NCBI GenBank assembly: GCA_964106645.2
Contig: OZ067040.1
Source: Podarcis pityusensis
Taxonomy: Eukaryota
Strand: one strand, 5' to 3'
DNA: 64,000 nt
In this document: one piece after another, positions 1 to 13,130 of the stretch
Position numbering within the stretch: position 1 is the stretch's first letter
Layout: every line of letters starts with the position of its first letter
Made by a program: the position numbers and the translations under genes
The notes under the pieces: generated by a model
The model's input: the letters and a program-made list of their open reading frames with translations, nothing else
Told to the model about the DNA's origin: nothing
The model's database searches: none

Positions 1-145
1 GGAGGGAGCGCTCCCTCTGCGCTTTGGAGGCTTCGCGTTGCTATCTCTGAAGCCAAGGAGCCTGCATTCGCTCCATAGGACACACACACATTTCCCCTTC
101 ATTTTTGGAGGGGAAAAACTGTGTCCTATAGAGCGAAAAATACGG
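1..145. mobile_element. Right end of a Tc2/pogo-like MITE
   Basis: Ends CTATAGAGCGAAAAATACGG. Confidence 0.8.
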
Positions 146-249
146 TTCTTCATTTTGCCTGTGCCAAATCTTCCTGTATTCAGCTTCACTGGTTAACCTT
201 GGATTTTAGTATTAGGATAGAAACTTCTCCCTATCTACTTTCTCTACAC

Positions 250-441
250 CAGGAGTGGCCAACTCCCAAGAGACTGTGATCTACTCACAGAGTTAAAAAC
301 TGGCAGTGATCTATCCCCTTTTTTGCGGTTCAGGGCAAAAATGTTGAGCTTCTTTGGGGGGAGCCAGTGATCTACCAGTGATCTACCACAGACGTCCAGT
401 GATCTACCAGTAGGTCGCAATATACCTGTGGGACGTGCCTG
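250..441. mobile_element. Non-autonomous hAT (Charlie-like) inserted in a CR1-like fragment
   Basis: CAGG...CCTG termini, perfect 8-bp TSD CTCTACAC, internal GATCTAC repeats. Confidence 0.85.
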
Positions 442-1438
442 CTCTACACCATGCAGAGTTTTATGTGCCTCTGCCCTCCCCTCCACCCTTAATCATATTT
501 ATTCCAAATTAAAAGCTCCAGATGTTGCAACCTTTCCTCATTGAGGAGGTAGCTCACTTTGATCATTTTAGTTGCCCTTCTCCAATACTGCCTGCTAACC
601 CATCCTTATTTCTAAACTTTGTTCCATTCTCTTATGTAAACTGGGCACCTGGCATGTGATTGTGGGTTGTACTTTGGCTCTTTTGCCAAAGCCTCTCTGA
701 AGGGCTGCCCTTTGCCCCAAGCACAGCAGTGACAATAATCAAGCTTATTAATGCTCAAAGCATTTCAATTCCTGGCCGAGCACAATAGAGCAACCAGCAG
801 AAGCAGTTAAGCAGTGCTTTTCTGAACATTCAAAATGCTTTGCACAATCTTCTTGCAATCCTTATGTCCTATATTACCCTCATTTGGCAATTGAGGTTTT
901 CCACTGAGAGGCAATGATTTACTGAAGGCCACTTAGTGAGTTTGTGGCAGGAAAAAGTAGCTTTCCATGAAACCACCAGTTTGGGTACATATGACATAGT
1001 GAGCAGTTTTGCTACTAAGGGACACCTGGATTTCTGCAAACCAGGAACTCCCCCCTCTTCCAAGTTTTCGAGCTCCTTAGAAGCAGAGTAGTCAGATCCT
1101 TGTTTATTTAAATCTCACAAGGATTTAGCTACTCAGAGACCTTATCCTGGTAAAATATGGCGTTGATTCAGCACCAAGCAGCTTTAGTGGTGCTAATCTG
1201 CCTCAAGCAGGATCAGAACTTGATGGCTTTGTGGAGGGGTCCATCTTTCCAGCACTTCCTCTGCAAACAGTCCTAGGCTCCTTTCAGTCTGTGCTTTGGT
1301 ACATATTTGAAGGGAGCTTTAAAAACAAAGTAGCAGTTCTACTTAACTATGCATTGAAATTAAGAGCTATATGGTGTTTACCAACCTGATGAACATCTGC
1401 TTGTGGATAAAAAGAATAAATCGGGGGGTGTTCCCACC

Positions 1439-1685
1439 CATGGGTGTAGCCAGGGGGGCAACTGCCCCCCGACATCAAGCGAATAAATAAAAATACTTAA
1501 CTAAAAGTAGAAACTGTAGAAAGATTTTGACAGACTTTTCTGAGCACTTGGGGTAAAAAAAAAGTAATTTAAAACAACTGTTGCTGAGATATTTCATTCA
1601 GAATCTGTTTGACAGAGCCAGACAGAAAATGATGACAGGCAGGTGTCATGCCTGCCCCCTCACATAAATCTTGGCTACGCCCATG
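1439..1685. mobile_element. hAT element, CATGGGYGTAGCC TIR family
   Basis: CATGGGTGTAGCCA / TGGCTACGCCCATG; shares AAATACTTAACTAA with the 31790 copy; TSD not intact. Confidence 0.7.
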
Positions 1686-2348
1686 TCTGTACCTCTTTTT
1701 TATGTATGTTTATGTAGGAAGTAGGTATTCCAATCTACCTGAAACATGACTGTGATTACCTAACTGGGCTGGTAGCTATTCTAGTTTCATTGCTCCACAA
1801 TAAAAATAAGGAGTTTGAACTGCCCTTTGCTTCTTAATTTCAGAGCACAGTGAACTGGGTTGGCTGCCCTGGCTTCACGACTCTACAGCCAGCATTCAGA
1901 CCAGTCCCTCGCCATTTAGCTTCTAGCTAAATATCAAGTCCAGCTTATCCCACCCCATAAGCTCCCCCAAGAGCAGCGCCTGCTGCTTCCTCTTTACACT
2001 CACCTGACATTCTGCAGGATCTGCTGCCACATGTCTGCAAGATGGGCCTATGAATCAACAAGAGTTCAGCTTTGACCCACGGACAATGCCGTTGGAAAAA
2101 CCTTCCTAGGTCCGTACTTCCGCCTTCAACTGCCTGTTCCCAGTGCTCCATTGAGTAACATTGAGTAAACAAAAAGATTACATAGTTTCCTACTGCCATC
2201 TACTGCCTAAAGGCATGTTTCCATGATGGCTAGCAGGACTGGTCAAAGACATTTTGCTGCCTTGAGGCAGAGCAGCAAATGGCGCCCCCTGGCTTTCTCT
2301 CTGTCTTCAGTACTTATACCACAAATCCCTAGTGTGCTGCTAACACTA

Positions 2349-2835
2349 CAGTGGTACTTCGGGTTACATACACTTCAGGTTATAGACTCCACTAACCCAG
2401 AAATAGTACCTCGGGTTAAGAACTTTGCTTCAGGATGAGTACAGAAATTGTGTTCCGGCGGCGCGGCGGCAGCGGGAGGCCCCATTAGTTAAAGTGGTGC
2501 TTCAGGTTAAGAACAGTTTCAGGTTAAGAACGGACCTCCGGAATGAATTACCGCATTTTTGCTCTATAAGACTCACTTTTTCCCTCCTAAAAAGTAAGGA
2601 AAAATGTGTGTGCATCTTATGGAGCGAATGCAGGCTGCGCAGCTATCCCAGAAGCCAGAACAGCAAGAGGGATTGCTCCTTTCACTGCGCAGCGATCCCT
2701 CTTGCTGTTCTGGCTTCTGAGATTCAGAATATTTTTTCCCCTTGTTTTCCTCCTCCAAAAACTAGGTGCGTCTTGTGGTCTGGTGTGTCTTATAGAGCGA
2801 AAAATACGGTAAGTACGTAACCAGAGGTACCACTG
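2349..2835. mobile_element. Tc1/mariner-pogo MITE (CAGTGGTAC TIR) containing a nested MITE
   Basis: TA-CAGTGGTAC...GTACCACTG-TA. Confidence 0.9.
2551..2809. mobile_element. Tc2/pogo-like MITE (CCGTATTTTTCGC TIR), nested
   Basis: TA-CCGCATTTTTGCTCTATAAGAC...GTCTTATAGAGCGAAAAATACGG-TA. Confidence 0.9.
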
Positions 2836-3475
2836 TATATGCATGGGTGAGACTGCCTACTTGACATGACAGAACCTGTGCTATATATGAAAGTCAGGGA
2901 TGCTCAAATGCAAGCAAGCTTTGTTGACCCTGGAGCTTCTGAAAAACCCTGAATGAGACACAGAAATGGGAGTAGGTCTAATAAAGTTAACTAACACCAT
3001 GCTCACTTCTCTGGCACCAACATGTCCACAACCACTTGGAGCCACATCTCTCTGAGGTTCCTTATTTTTTGAAATACAAATCTGGACAATCTGTTGCAAT
3101 ATAGAGCAACTGCAGTAAACCCCACATTTAAAAATGGCTTTTCGCATTGTGACCTCTTGTGATCACAGTGCAGAACTGCTTTTGCTGAGTTTCATCGCAA
3201 CTCATGCACCTGCAAGCATGTGCCCCCGTTAGCTCTGAGGATGCCACAGCAACTTTACTCAGGCAACTATTGTGGAAACAATAAGACTTTCTGTAAATCC
3301 GCTTCAGGGAGAATTTTTATTCTTAAAAGGCTTTAGCCACTTCACTGACATTATGAAAACTCCTAAGATGCCTCCTGGAACTGGATATCGCGTTAAAACG
3401 AAATTTATTTTTCAGATAAACAGTGAAGTTTTCCCAGTTTACCTGACACTCTGCTGCTTCTCCTTTCCCCTTCTA

Positions 3476-3860
3476 AAGGTAAAACTAAAGGACCCCTGGA
3501 CGGTTAAGTCCAGTGAAAGGTGACTGTGGGGTTGCGGCGCTCATCTCGTTTCAGGCTAAGGGAGTCAGCGTTTTTCCACAGACAGCTTTTCGGGTCATGT
3601 GGCCAACATGACTAAACAGCTTCTGGTGCAACAGGACACCATGACGGAAACCAGAGAGCACGGAAACGTCCTTTACCTTCCCACTGCTGTGGTACCTATT
3701 TATCTACTTGCACTGGCATGGTGTGAACTGCTAGGCTGGCAGAAGCTGGGACAGAGCAACGGGAACTCACCACCGTCATGGGGATTCGAATCACTGACCT
3801 TCTGATCAGCAAGCCCAAGAGGCTCAGTGGTTTAGACCACAGCACCATCCACGTCCCATG
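3476..3860 (-). mobile_element. Sauria SINE, near full length
   Basis: tRNA-like head on - (GGGACGTGGATGGTGCTGTGGTCTAAACCAC...), ACCTTT-type tail, 13-bp TSD CTTTCCCCTTCTA (3463-3475, 3861-3873). Confidence 0.9.
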
Positions 3861-6073
3861 CTTTCCCCTTCTACCTCCTGTTAAGTGGCAGTGACCAACA
3901 GGACAACAGGAGACAGCCCTACATACTGTCTGCTACTGCCCTCCCTAGGAAATGGAGACAGTAAATTTATCAGTAATAGCCGTGTTTGCTGGGCTAATAT
4001 AATCTGAGTGGATTAATTCTGACAACACAGTTTATGAAGGAAGACTACACCATCTGGATAGATACCAAATCTTCCATATGGAGTGTTCAAATTGAATTAT
4101 CCCAAGTAAGCTGCTCAAAGGGACTTTTAAGATTATTGTTGTTTTTGTGTAATAATCACTGAATTGTTAGCCTCCCCCCCCTTTTTTTTGCATAGGATCC
4201 AGACAGTGTTTCTCAGGTTTTGTTTTTCTGTTTAAAGATGTTGGATTTTCCAAGTGTTCAAATTATAATATGTTATCCAGTTTCTTGTGTTCTATGTCAG
4301 TGCAGACAGTCACATTCTTCAGGCACTGCATAACGCAATGGCTATTGGATCCACTATACTGTGATAAAAAACAATGATGGCTGAAATGGGCATGAAACTG
4401 GACTTCTGCAAAGAAAAATATTAGAAAATGAACATTTTGGGGACCTTAGTAATGAAAGTCAAGCTTTGCAGTTTTCTGCCAGCAGATCTATTTGGGGAGC
4501 TACCCTTTAATAATCTGGGAATATTTCTCATGAGTAGATCCATTTGTGGGATTGCAACTCTGTGAGTAGTATATTACAGTGCATGGGATACTTTGCGCAG
4601 GGGAAAATTTGTGTTTTAAAGGTATGGTGTGCACACAGCCCTAGACTTGCATGACCTGAAAGTTGGTTTCAAACGCTGTACACGCTAACATCTTTCTTCT
4701 AGGAAAGTGATAGTCTCAATTGCTACATGCTGCTTGGATTCCACAGGAACATTCTGGTTTGTTTTGGGATGATCCAATAGGAAAATACGAAGAAAGCTCT
4801 CGTGGATATACAAATACAGTCTCCTCTGTATTTGTACAAAAGTCGGGGGGGGGGCACACACAGAAAAAATAGCTTGGAGGGTTCAGTGCTGGCCGGACTA
4901 AGTGAACAGAGCCTCAGGCAGACAACAGCTGCAGTGGGCTGCCTCCCAGGAATAGGGTGGACATGCACAGAAAACATCTGTGCTTTTAAAAATCTTTTAT
5001 TTCTTTGTGTTTTGGCCTGGAACTCTTCTGTGCAAGGAGTGACCCTGCTTTGGCCCCTGCACAGTCCCTGTCCTGAACTGAAATGCTTCCAACTGGTGGT
5101 GGGACACTAGCTTGTTTGTTTGTTTTAGCACTCCACAGATTCCTGGGATGCTCCAGAAGGCAGTGATTTATACTGTAATACGGCCATTCCATGTATTTCA
5201 GCGTTCAGTGCTGTACTGTAAGACCATCACTCCCTCTAACAGCAAAGCAGGTGCTGAGTGTCAGCACCTAAGAAAATCAAAACAGAGCCACACAGGTTGG
5301 CTTCAAAGCTCATTTCCCACCTCAAGGAATTCTGGGCACTATAGTTTCCTCCTCACAGAGTTACAATCTCCAGCAACCCTATATTAGAGTGAATTATTTG
5401 AGGTGGGAAATGTGTTTTGTTTCAAATGTGCTTTAAAGGTATAGCGTGTACCCAGCCCAAGAAATAAGAGGGAGGTATCAGCATGCTCAGGGGAACCCCA
5501 AAGTTTGCAGAAGCACAAGAAGATCTGGGGAGAAGGGAACAAAGTCAACAATCTGCCTCCAAACAGCTCAATGAGAACTGAACATGGTCAGTAGCCACAG
5601 AAAGCCAAGTGTTTGCATTGAAGGAGTGGTGGAAGAAAACCAGGACTGGATGGGAATGCGAACAGAGTGAATGTCTTTGAAAGGGTCTTGTGTGGTTGGC
5701 TAGAACTCTGAGCTGAAGCACTCCATACTGCAACACTTGATTGCAGTTATCACTTGCTTCAGTATTGCAATCATGTGTGGGAGATTGGATAGAATCATAG
5801 ATTTGTAGAGTTGGAAGGGACTTCATTTTGTTCACAACAGCCATGACCTTCACCTGTTGTGGTTTCGCCTGCAGGGCTGGCACATCTTAGCATCACTGAG
5901 CCTGCTGTCTAATAGGTCAGACCAAAAAAAGGGAAATACTCAACATGTGTTTAATCCCTCAGACCTTCAGCAAAGGACCTGGGGCCTGCCAGGTATCCGC
6001 TCTTGATGCCACTGGAAGCTCAGTAGCATGCAAAGATTAACAAGCAGTTTGCAACATGCAGGACATCTTAACC

Positions 6074-6326
6074 CAGGTTTCAGCAACCTTTTTCAGTCGT
6101 GGGCCGGTCCACTGTCCCTCAGACCATGTGGTGGGCCAGACTATATTTTGAAAAGAAAAAAAGAGAACGAATTCCTATGTCCCACAAATAACCCAGAGAT
6201 GCATTTTAAATAAAATCACACATCCTGCTCATGTAAAAACACGCTAATTCCCGGAACATCTGCAGGCTGGATTGAGAAGGAGATTTGGCCACATCCTGCC
6301 TCCGGGCCTTAGGTTGCCTACCCCTG
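6074..6326. mobile_element. Non-autonomous hAT
   Basis: CAGGTTTCAGCAACC / GGTTGCCTACCCCTG termini; perfect TSD TCTTAACC. Confidence 0.85.
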
Positions 6327-8104
6327 TCTTAACCCATACAATCCCCTGTAACCAGGGTGGAGTTCATAAAAGTGTATCCAGGGCTCAGGGGGAAACGGTC
6401 CTCTCAGTGACAATGGTCCCTACAGGAGAAAGGGCAGCTAAGCAATTAAAGGAAATGTCAGATATCGTTGTATATTTCCTGAGTAAATGCTGAGGAATAA
6501 TCCATACCTGCTGCCTTGTGGGACATCTCTGGGAGAAGAAAAGGCCAAAGAGTAAACCCTGCACAAATCCAGAGTGAGGTCCCTTAGGCAGTTGGATGAT
6601 GCCTTGTACACCTCCTTCCTGCAACTCCTGCAGCCCAGCTGGTTTCCATATCCAATGGTTTGAGTTCACCCCCAAAAGCTCACCCCTCCTTCATTGTCTC
6701 CCGAGACAGAGGGATGCCAACATCGATCTTGGGAAGGTCTTAACTGACTTTAGTCATACAGCTTTGGCTGCATACTAGTTTAACTGGCAAGGCATCTGTG
6801 CTGTCTGGAGGATATTGGACCATGAAAACAGTTCTTCATTGTCCAGGAGAAAGTGCTTGGCCAGAGGGTCGTTCCCCTTATGGCTGGTATAGAACTGTAG
6901 TTATTAAACTTGAAATGAGTTGGAGGGCAGAGAAAGAACCATGAGAACAATAAAAGCACCAGGCAACAGATCATAAGGCAAGGTTGTGTTCTGTTAGTCT
7001 TGCCGTCTTTGCTGCTCCTACTAGTCCCCACATTGCCATGATGAAGACCAGCAGAGATCAGCACAGGAATTGGCACAGCCCTATGATGGCTTGTGCATGT
7101 CTTCTCACTTGAGTCTTGTCACTAAAAAAACCTGTCTGGAGGCACCCCAAGAGTCTTCTTGTTAATCGGTGATCATAGTCAATGTTCTCTAGTGTATGCA
7201 CAGCAAATTGTTAAGCATTTGTCATACAGGAGCACATCATCCTTCTATCTCTAAAATCAACAACCACTGCATTCAATTTTTAAGAGGCCATTATAAACAG
7301 GACACAATCAGCTCGAGTACAAATGTGTAACCACTTGTTCCTGGAAATCAGCCTGCAGGCAAAGATCTTGTGTAGTCCTGGAGCAACTGCCAGGGAAAAT
7401 AAACAGCCGTCAAGTTGCAACTCCCTCTCCAGGACTGCACTGTAGCATCACATCTCCAGATCCAACTCAGTGTATATCTCATTGCCTGGTCTTTTTACCT
7501 TGATCAGACGCAAGGCAGCAATATGAGACATCCATTAGGTGGGACTCCATCAGGATTTTAATTTGGAATTGTGGAATGATAAGGGATTCTGGTTCTTCTT
7601 ACTTGCAGGAGACAAGAAGGAAGAGGCAAGCAATAAAATCTGGAGTGGGGTGCAGTGGTGGTGGGGATCCCTGTATATGTCAGTTTTTATTTTAACTCTA
7701 AAATGACATATTTCTGTCTCATTAGCTGTGGGATTAAATCCATGCTTCTGTAGAAAGACAAGGGGCCCATGATACATTCTTTGCAGAAATTTCAAAATTA
7801 TCTTTCTTTCTTGGCCCTCTTCCCCAAAATACTTGTCACTGCATTAATACTAATATGTATTAAAGTGGTGGAAAATATGTCAGAAAATATACCTGCTAAC
7901 TATACTGATGGCTGTACTACGGCAGCTCATGTATCTGCACAAAGAGCAAAAGCAATGCATCTGGAATTGCTTCCAGCTATACATTATGGTGATCAACTGT
8001 GAGGCTGAAGCTCTGGATGGGCTGGTAAAATTTTGGCCGGTCAACAACACACATTCCCAATTCCTTCCTTGCTGTCTGTAGCGTAAGGCTCCCTATCTTA
8101 TTGT

Positions 8105-8235
8105 TGTAGAATCGGAGAGTTGCAAGGGTCATCTAGTCCTACTCTCTGCAATGCAGGAATCTCAACTAGATCATACATGACAGATGGCCATCCAACCTTT
8201 GCTTTAAAACTTCCAGTGAAGAAAAGTCCACCACC
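8105..8235 (-). mobile_element. CR1 3' end
   Basis: TAGAATCGGAGAGTTGCAAGGGTCATCTAGTCC is the reverse complement of a CR1 terminus. Confidence 0.7.
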
Positions 8236-9589
8236 TTTTGTGCTGTCTCTCAAACTCTTACACGTTAGGCTGAAGAGGCGTAGAAGGGGAGCAGGATCAT
8301 GCCTAGCCCCCTTTGCTTGCTTGGCATAGCCTGTGAAGGAAGCAACACACGTACAAACTGAGTTTGCATGTCCCTAAGTGAGGACTGTACCACTTCAGTT
8401 AGGCACAGTTGATTCAACCCACAACTTATTCCATAAGGTTCCATCTGGGATTCCTATCTATTCGGTGCAGAAGTGTATTCAGAATGGTTAAACAGCCGTG
8501 CAGTGACCACTTAGTGCATGGACGTGAGTGAGGGGTGTGGGGTGGGAAACATAGGAGAATTTCTATCTTTCATTTGTTTCCTGCATTCCGCCCCTGCTCC
8601 TTCAACCGCCCCCCAAAAAACCCTGTTTCAATGCATTTCAGTCCCTTTTTCAGGGGTAAATTTAATCCAGATTTATAATAGCCTTGTGCATTGCTTTGGA
8701 AGAGAAAGAACTGACAACAGAAGAAAGAGACAGTTCAGCAATATATATGTATGTCTGTGACTTCCCCATAATAAATTCGTTCCTGGATTATCTGAGAGAT
8801 GGGCTTGGGGACAAGAGATGGCAATGCTGCTTGTTCCGGATGCTGAAGTGCTGCTTGCAACCATTTATTGTGTGCTGCAATTGAGTAGCCCACCAATTAC
8901 TCATCTGCTCATCAACTTGCTATTGTCCTTCCAGCTGCTTAAATACTCTTCCTCCATCTGCTCTGTAAACAGAGGCACAGTGCCACCAGCCTGAGAGCTT
9001 CCATGATCTTCCATCAGCAAAAGAACCAGCAATCCTTTTTTGCTGAAAGGTTTCTTTTCCTTTTGGTGCTTTCAGGTCTGTCAATATTTGCTGAGCTGGA
9101 GCGTGAAGGCCTTGCCACTTTTGCAGTTGGTGGCTCCATTAGGTAGCATTAACATTAGGAGGTGAAGAGTGATCTGGCTTCTTTGATAAATGAGGAGAGA
9201 TTTGCAAACAGAGAACAGCAAATGCTTCCGGGGAGTGGGTCAGGACACCTGCTCAGGAGGGGGAAAAAGATGCTCTTTCTCCAGGTCTCGTTTGACTCCA
9301 GAGGCCTGAGTTTATGGGGAATGTACAGTACAGAGCATGGAATGAACATTACAGTCCATTGGTTCTCCTTTTAGTTTTAGCACTCTCTTCCTCTTGCTTC
9401 TCTTATCCAAGTCATTTTCATCATGTGGTTTGAGTTGGTACTGACATACCTTCTGAGTCATGCACATGCCCTGTGTGAGACACCAAACATGGCTTCAAGT
9501 TCTGCAGTGGCTCAACATGCTCAGTTTATAGCTAACCCCCCCCCCCCCATTTTCTTTAAATACACACATGCTCTGGGAAGACAATTATA

Positions 9590-10110
9590 ATGTGTTTTAA
9601 GTGGGGCTGCCTTTGAAGTCAGTTCAGAAACCTCAGCTGGTACAAAATGTAGTTCCTTGGATGTTTCTAAGGCCAAAGCTGTCAGAACATCTAATGCTTA
9701 TACCAGGCTTCCTCAATCTCGGCCCTCCAGACGTTTTTGGACTACAACTCCCATGATCCCTAGCTAGCAGGACCAGTGGTCAGGGATGATGGGAATTGTA
9801 GTCTCAAAAAAGATCTGGAGGGCCGAGGCTGAGGAAGGCTGGCTTATACTGTACCAGCTGCATTAGCTGCCTGTTTGTTTCTGGATCCAATGCTAGTAGT
9901 AGCCTTTAAAGCACTAAACGGTTTAGGACCAGATTATGCCAGAACTGGCCCAGACCTTACCCTTGGGGACCCAACATCAAGATGTTAAGTTGGCAGGCTT
10001 GAGTCAGATTGCCTTTTCAGTAGTGGCCCCGTGGAACTGTGGAATTCTCTTCCTAGAGAAATATGTATGGCTCCTACTCTAATGGCTTTTAAATAGACCC
10101 TGAAGACTTT
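9590..10110 (+). mobile_element. L2-clade LINE 3' fragment
   Basis: GGGCTGCCTTTGAAG...CAGCTGGTACAAAATG (GLP..QLVQN) and GCCTTTTCAGTAGTGGCCCC (AFSVVAP); hosts a hAT insertion. Confidence 0.7.
9704..9841. mobile_element. Palindromic hAT MITE
   Basis: Near-complete hairpin; TSD GCTTATAC. Confidence 0.87.
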
Positions 10111-10150
10111 CTAAATTTCAAACAGTTTTTAAAATCTGTAGGTCACTGTC

Positions 10151-10659
10151 AGACACAAGATCTACCCACTCTGGAAGAATGGCAGATGAAGGTGATTGAC
10201 TACATGGAATTGGCAGAAATGACTGGCAGAATCCGAGACCAGGGAGAAGAGTCGGTGAAAGAAGATTGGAAGAAATTTAAAGATTATTTACAGAAATATT
10301 GTAAAATTAAGGAATCTTAGAAGGATGTTGGATAGAAACTAAGTGGTTTCCAGCTGTAATGCTTTAAGAGATACGAAAAAAGGTTTACAAATGGGCAAAA
10401 GCTTAATGGTAAGGATTTGCTGAACTAACAAACTGAACTGGAATACAAAAAAGGGAGGTATGAGGAGGTCCGGGGAAATAAGTGTAAGGAAGATATGCTA
10501 TGGAAAGTTAACGTGTTTTTAACTTGTATGTTTTTCTTTATTTTTCTTTTTTTTGTTATATCTTAAAAACTTTATTCTTTTTTCTGTATTTTGTATTCTC
10601 TCATATTTTTATTTTTTGTTTTTGCATTCTTTGAAACTTTAATAAATATCATTTTAAAA
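10151..10659 (+). mobile_element. L1-clade LINE 3' end (ORF2 C-terminus, 3' UTR, polyA)
   Basis: TQDLPTLEEWQMKVIDYMELAEMTGRIRDQGEESVKEDWKKFKDYLQKYCKIKES*; AATAAA and A tail; 20-bp TSD AAAATCTGTAGGTCACTGTC at a TTTT/AAAA site. Confidence 0.87.
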
Positions 10660-11059
10660 AAAATCTGTAGGTCACTGTCTTGTTTCAACTGCTGCTTTTT
10701 AAAGGTTCTAATATTTTAATTAAAAAACCAAACTAATGTGGTATTATTGATACAATGGTTCTGATGTAAGCTGCCTTGGCAGCGTTTTGCCCTTAAAAAG
10801 GGCATTTTTGAAAGATATAATAAAAGTTGAACCTGGGAGCTGTCCTGCCTGTGTAGACAACTGTCTGAATTAATAATATTTCAGCCATTATACATCATAC
10901 AAATGCCTTCCTATTGATTGTTTAATCTCAGTTCCATCAGTTTAGTTAATGTTTTACTGCTTGCTGGCAGTTCTGCCTTACTGTCATGAGTTACGCCACT
11001 AAGTGCACATTTCATGGTTACAAATGGAAATCAATACAAATGAAATGAGACTTAAAAAG

Positions 11060-11570
11060 TCATAACCATCTTTCCACAAATAAGTTTGATGGCCTCAAAG
11101 TAACATGGGGAACAGATTTGAGGGAACTCCTAGACCCCAAAACCTGGGGTGCCATATGGGAGAAAAGGCCCCTTAGCTCAGTGTCAGCCAACCTATGGAG
11201 AAATTCTCTTAAAGCCATAAACCTGGTACCTCATGCTGGTGCACATGACCTAGATCTGAGGAGAGGGATCAACAGACTACTACAGCATATGTGGCTTCAG
11301 AGGCTTCTGTTTTAATATGTGGTGGCAATGCCCTCTGGCGGATGTCTTTGGGGGTGAAGTTATTGCTGAGATGAGCCTCATTATCTGCCACCCCATGGTT
11401 AAAAGACCCCAGCTTGTACTTGTCATCCATACTTTCTGGTGATAACACAGAAGCACCTTCTAAGGACTTGATTAGGTTTATGCTTGTGGCAGCATGTCTG
11501 AGGGAGTAGACTAAGGACTGTGGACTATGCCACTACAGACGGGCAGATCATATGTAAAATGTTCCCTGCA
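11060..11570 (+). mobile_element. Degenerate L1/Tx1 ORF2 C-terminal region
   Basis: Fragments TWGAIWEKRPLSSVSANLW...HMW...WWQC resemble the Cys-rich C-terminal part of L1 ORF2; frameshifted. Confidence 0.55.
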
Positions 11571-12296
11571 TTGTGTAGTAAACTAGCACATCAGAGGGAG
11601 CTCTAGGCTAAAATTGTTCCCCCAATGTGCTTTTCTACTGTGTGGAGGGTGACTTATGCTGGGTACTCAAGCTAGAACTACCCATATCCTCCAATGTCTG
11701 GAGCATGGTTCTGTTTTTAAGTAAAAAGAGCAGATCTGTGTTTATACAGGAGTTGTTTGGCTTGATAGAAAGAAGTCAGCTGAGGCACCCAGTTGCAGAG
11801 AGGGATCTGGAAGGGTAGCAGACTTGGCTGATGGAGCTCAAAGGTCAACAATCACACAGCTGCTCTGCCTGGCTCAAGCACCCAGGTACTTCGGAGGTCT
11901 AGGGACATCTTAGTTCCAAGAATTAGAAAAAGCGGGTAGCTAGGCCAGAGACGTAACAAAAACACAAACTACATAATCCAGAAAAGGTACAAACTGTGCT
12001 TAGTTTCAACTTGTCTTCAAAGCATTACTATGTTACTCATAATCGTTTTTAGAGATCTTGTCCCCAAAGAGGAAGTCATTAAGGTCAGAAATCTTCTTCC
12101 CACAGGGATTATGTTTATTTTTTCCACCACACTGACTATCTCTTATGAAAATATTCTTCTGTCCACCTCCAAGATACATTCTTATTTCAGCCAAGCAATT
12201 CCCTCTCCGAGTGACTCTGGTCACGTCCGCCTGAGCCAGAAGAAGAGAGCGCTCAGAACATAAAAAATATATATTCCTCAATAATGTTCTACACAT

Positions 12297-12430
12297 TAGA
12301 AGTTTTTGAGCTGAGGTTGGATGGCCATCTATGAAGATGCTGTAGGTAGCAATGGATTTCCTGTGCAAGGGTGGGGAAATAGTGGACTATATGACATTGG
12401 AGGTACCTTCAATGTCTCTGATTCTATGAC
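12297..12430 (+). mobile_element. CR1 3' end
   Basis: GAGGTTGGATGGCCATCT...GGACTATATGAC...ATTCTATGA. Confidence 0.7.
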
Positions 12431-12636
12431 TGAATTCAGATGATTATTTTCCTAATGTTACTGCCCAGTGTGCATGAAACATGTGCTCAGCTGGTTTTCT
12501 TGAATATCTTTGGCTCCATAAACATTTGTCTCTCTACTCAGTGGCTTCAGCTGAACTACAGACTTTTAGCTACCTATAAATACTCTCTGGTCATCTTCCA
12601 GAATGTGCCTTTACAATAGTTTGACTCTGTGCCTCA

Positions 12637-13130
12637 GGCTGTGTACACACTATACTTGAAAAATATATATTTTTATTACAGATTTTATTGGTTTACAAAA
12701 GTGCGTGCATTGTCTCTTTTTTTCCGGGTTGCAAGGTCTTTTCTACAGATCGGTTACATTTGTTGTGAGGCCTTAGCGTTGAGTACATTATAAGGTTGGG
12801 GAAGAAGAGGGATTCATACTATCAGTGCTTTTTTCTGGGGGTACACAGGGGTACACATACCCCTAAACATTTTGTGAATCTAAGTTTGGCCTCATTGAGG
12901 GGCAGTATTTCAATTTGAGTAGGAAAATGAGAATACCCCTAAACATTTTTTTAGAAAGAAAGCACTGCACACTATATTTTTAAAGCACATTCAAAGTACA
13001 TTCTTTCCCTCAAATTACACATCACAGGGTTATGATCCCCAGAAACTCTTAACAAACTACAGTGCCCAGAATTCTTTGAAAGGAGAAATTTGTTTTGAAT
13101 GTGCTTTAAAGGTATAGTGTGTATGCTGCC
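12637..13130. mobile_element. Harbinger-like palindromic element hosting two nested insertions
   Basis: GGCTGTGTACACACTATA / TATAGTGTGTATGCTGCC termini with 3-bp TCA on both sides; related fragments near 5300-5457 and 23690-23835. Confidence 0.6.
12823..12967. mobile_element. hAT MITE with CAGTGCTTT TIR
   Basis: TIR CAGTGCTTT/AAAGCACTG; TSD CATACTAT/CACACTAT. Confidence 0.85.
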
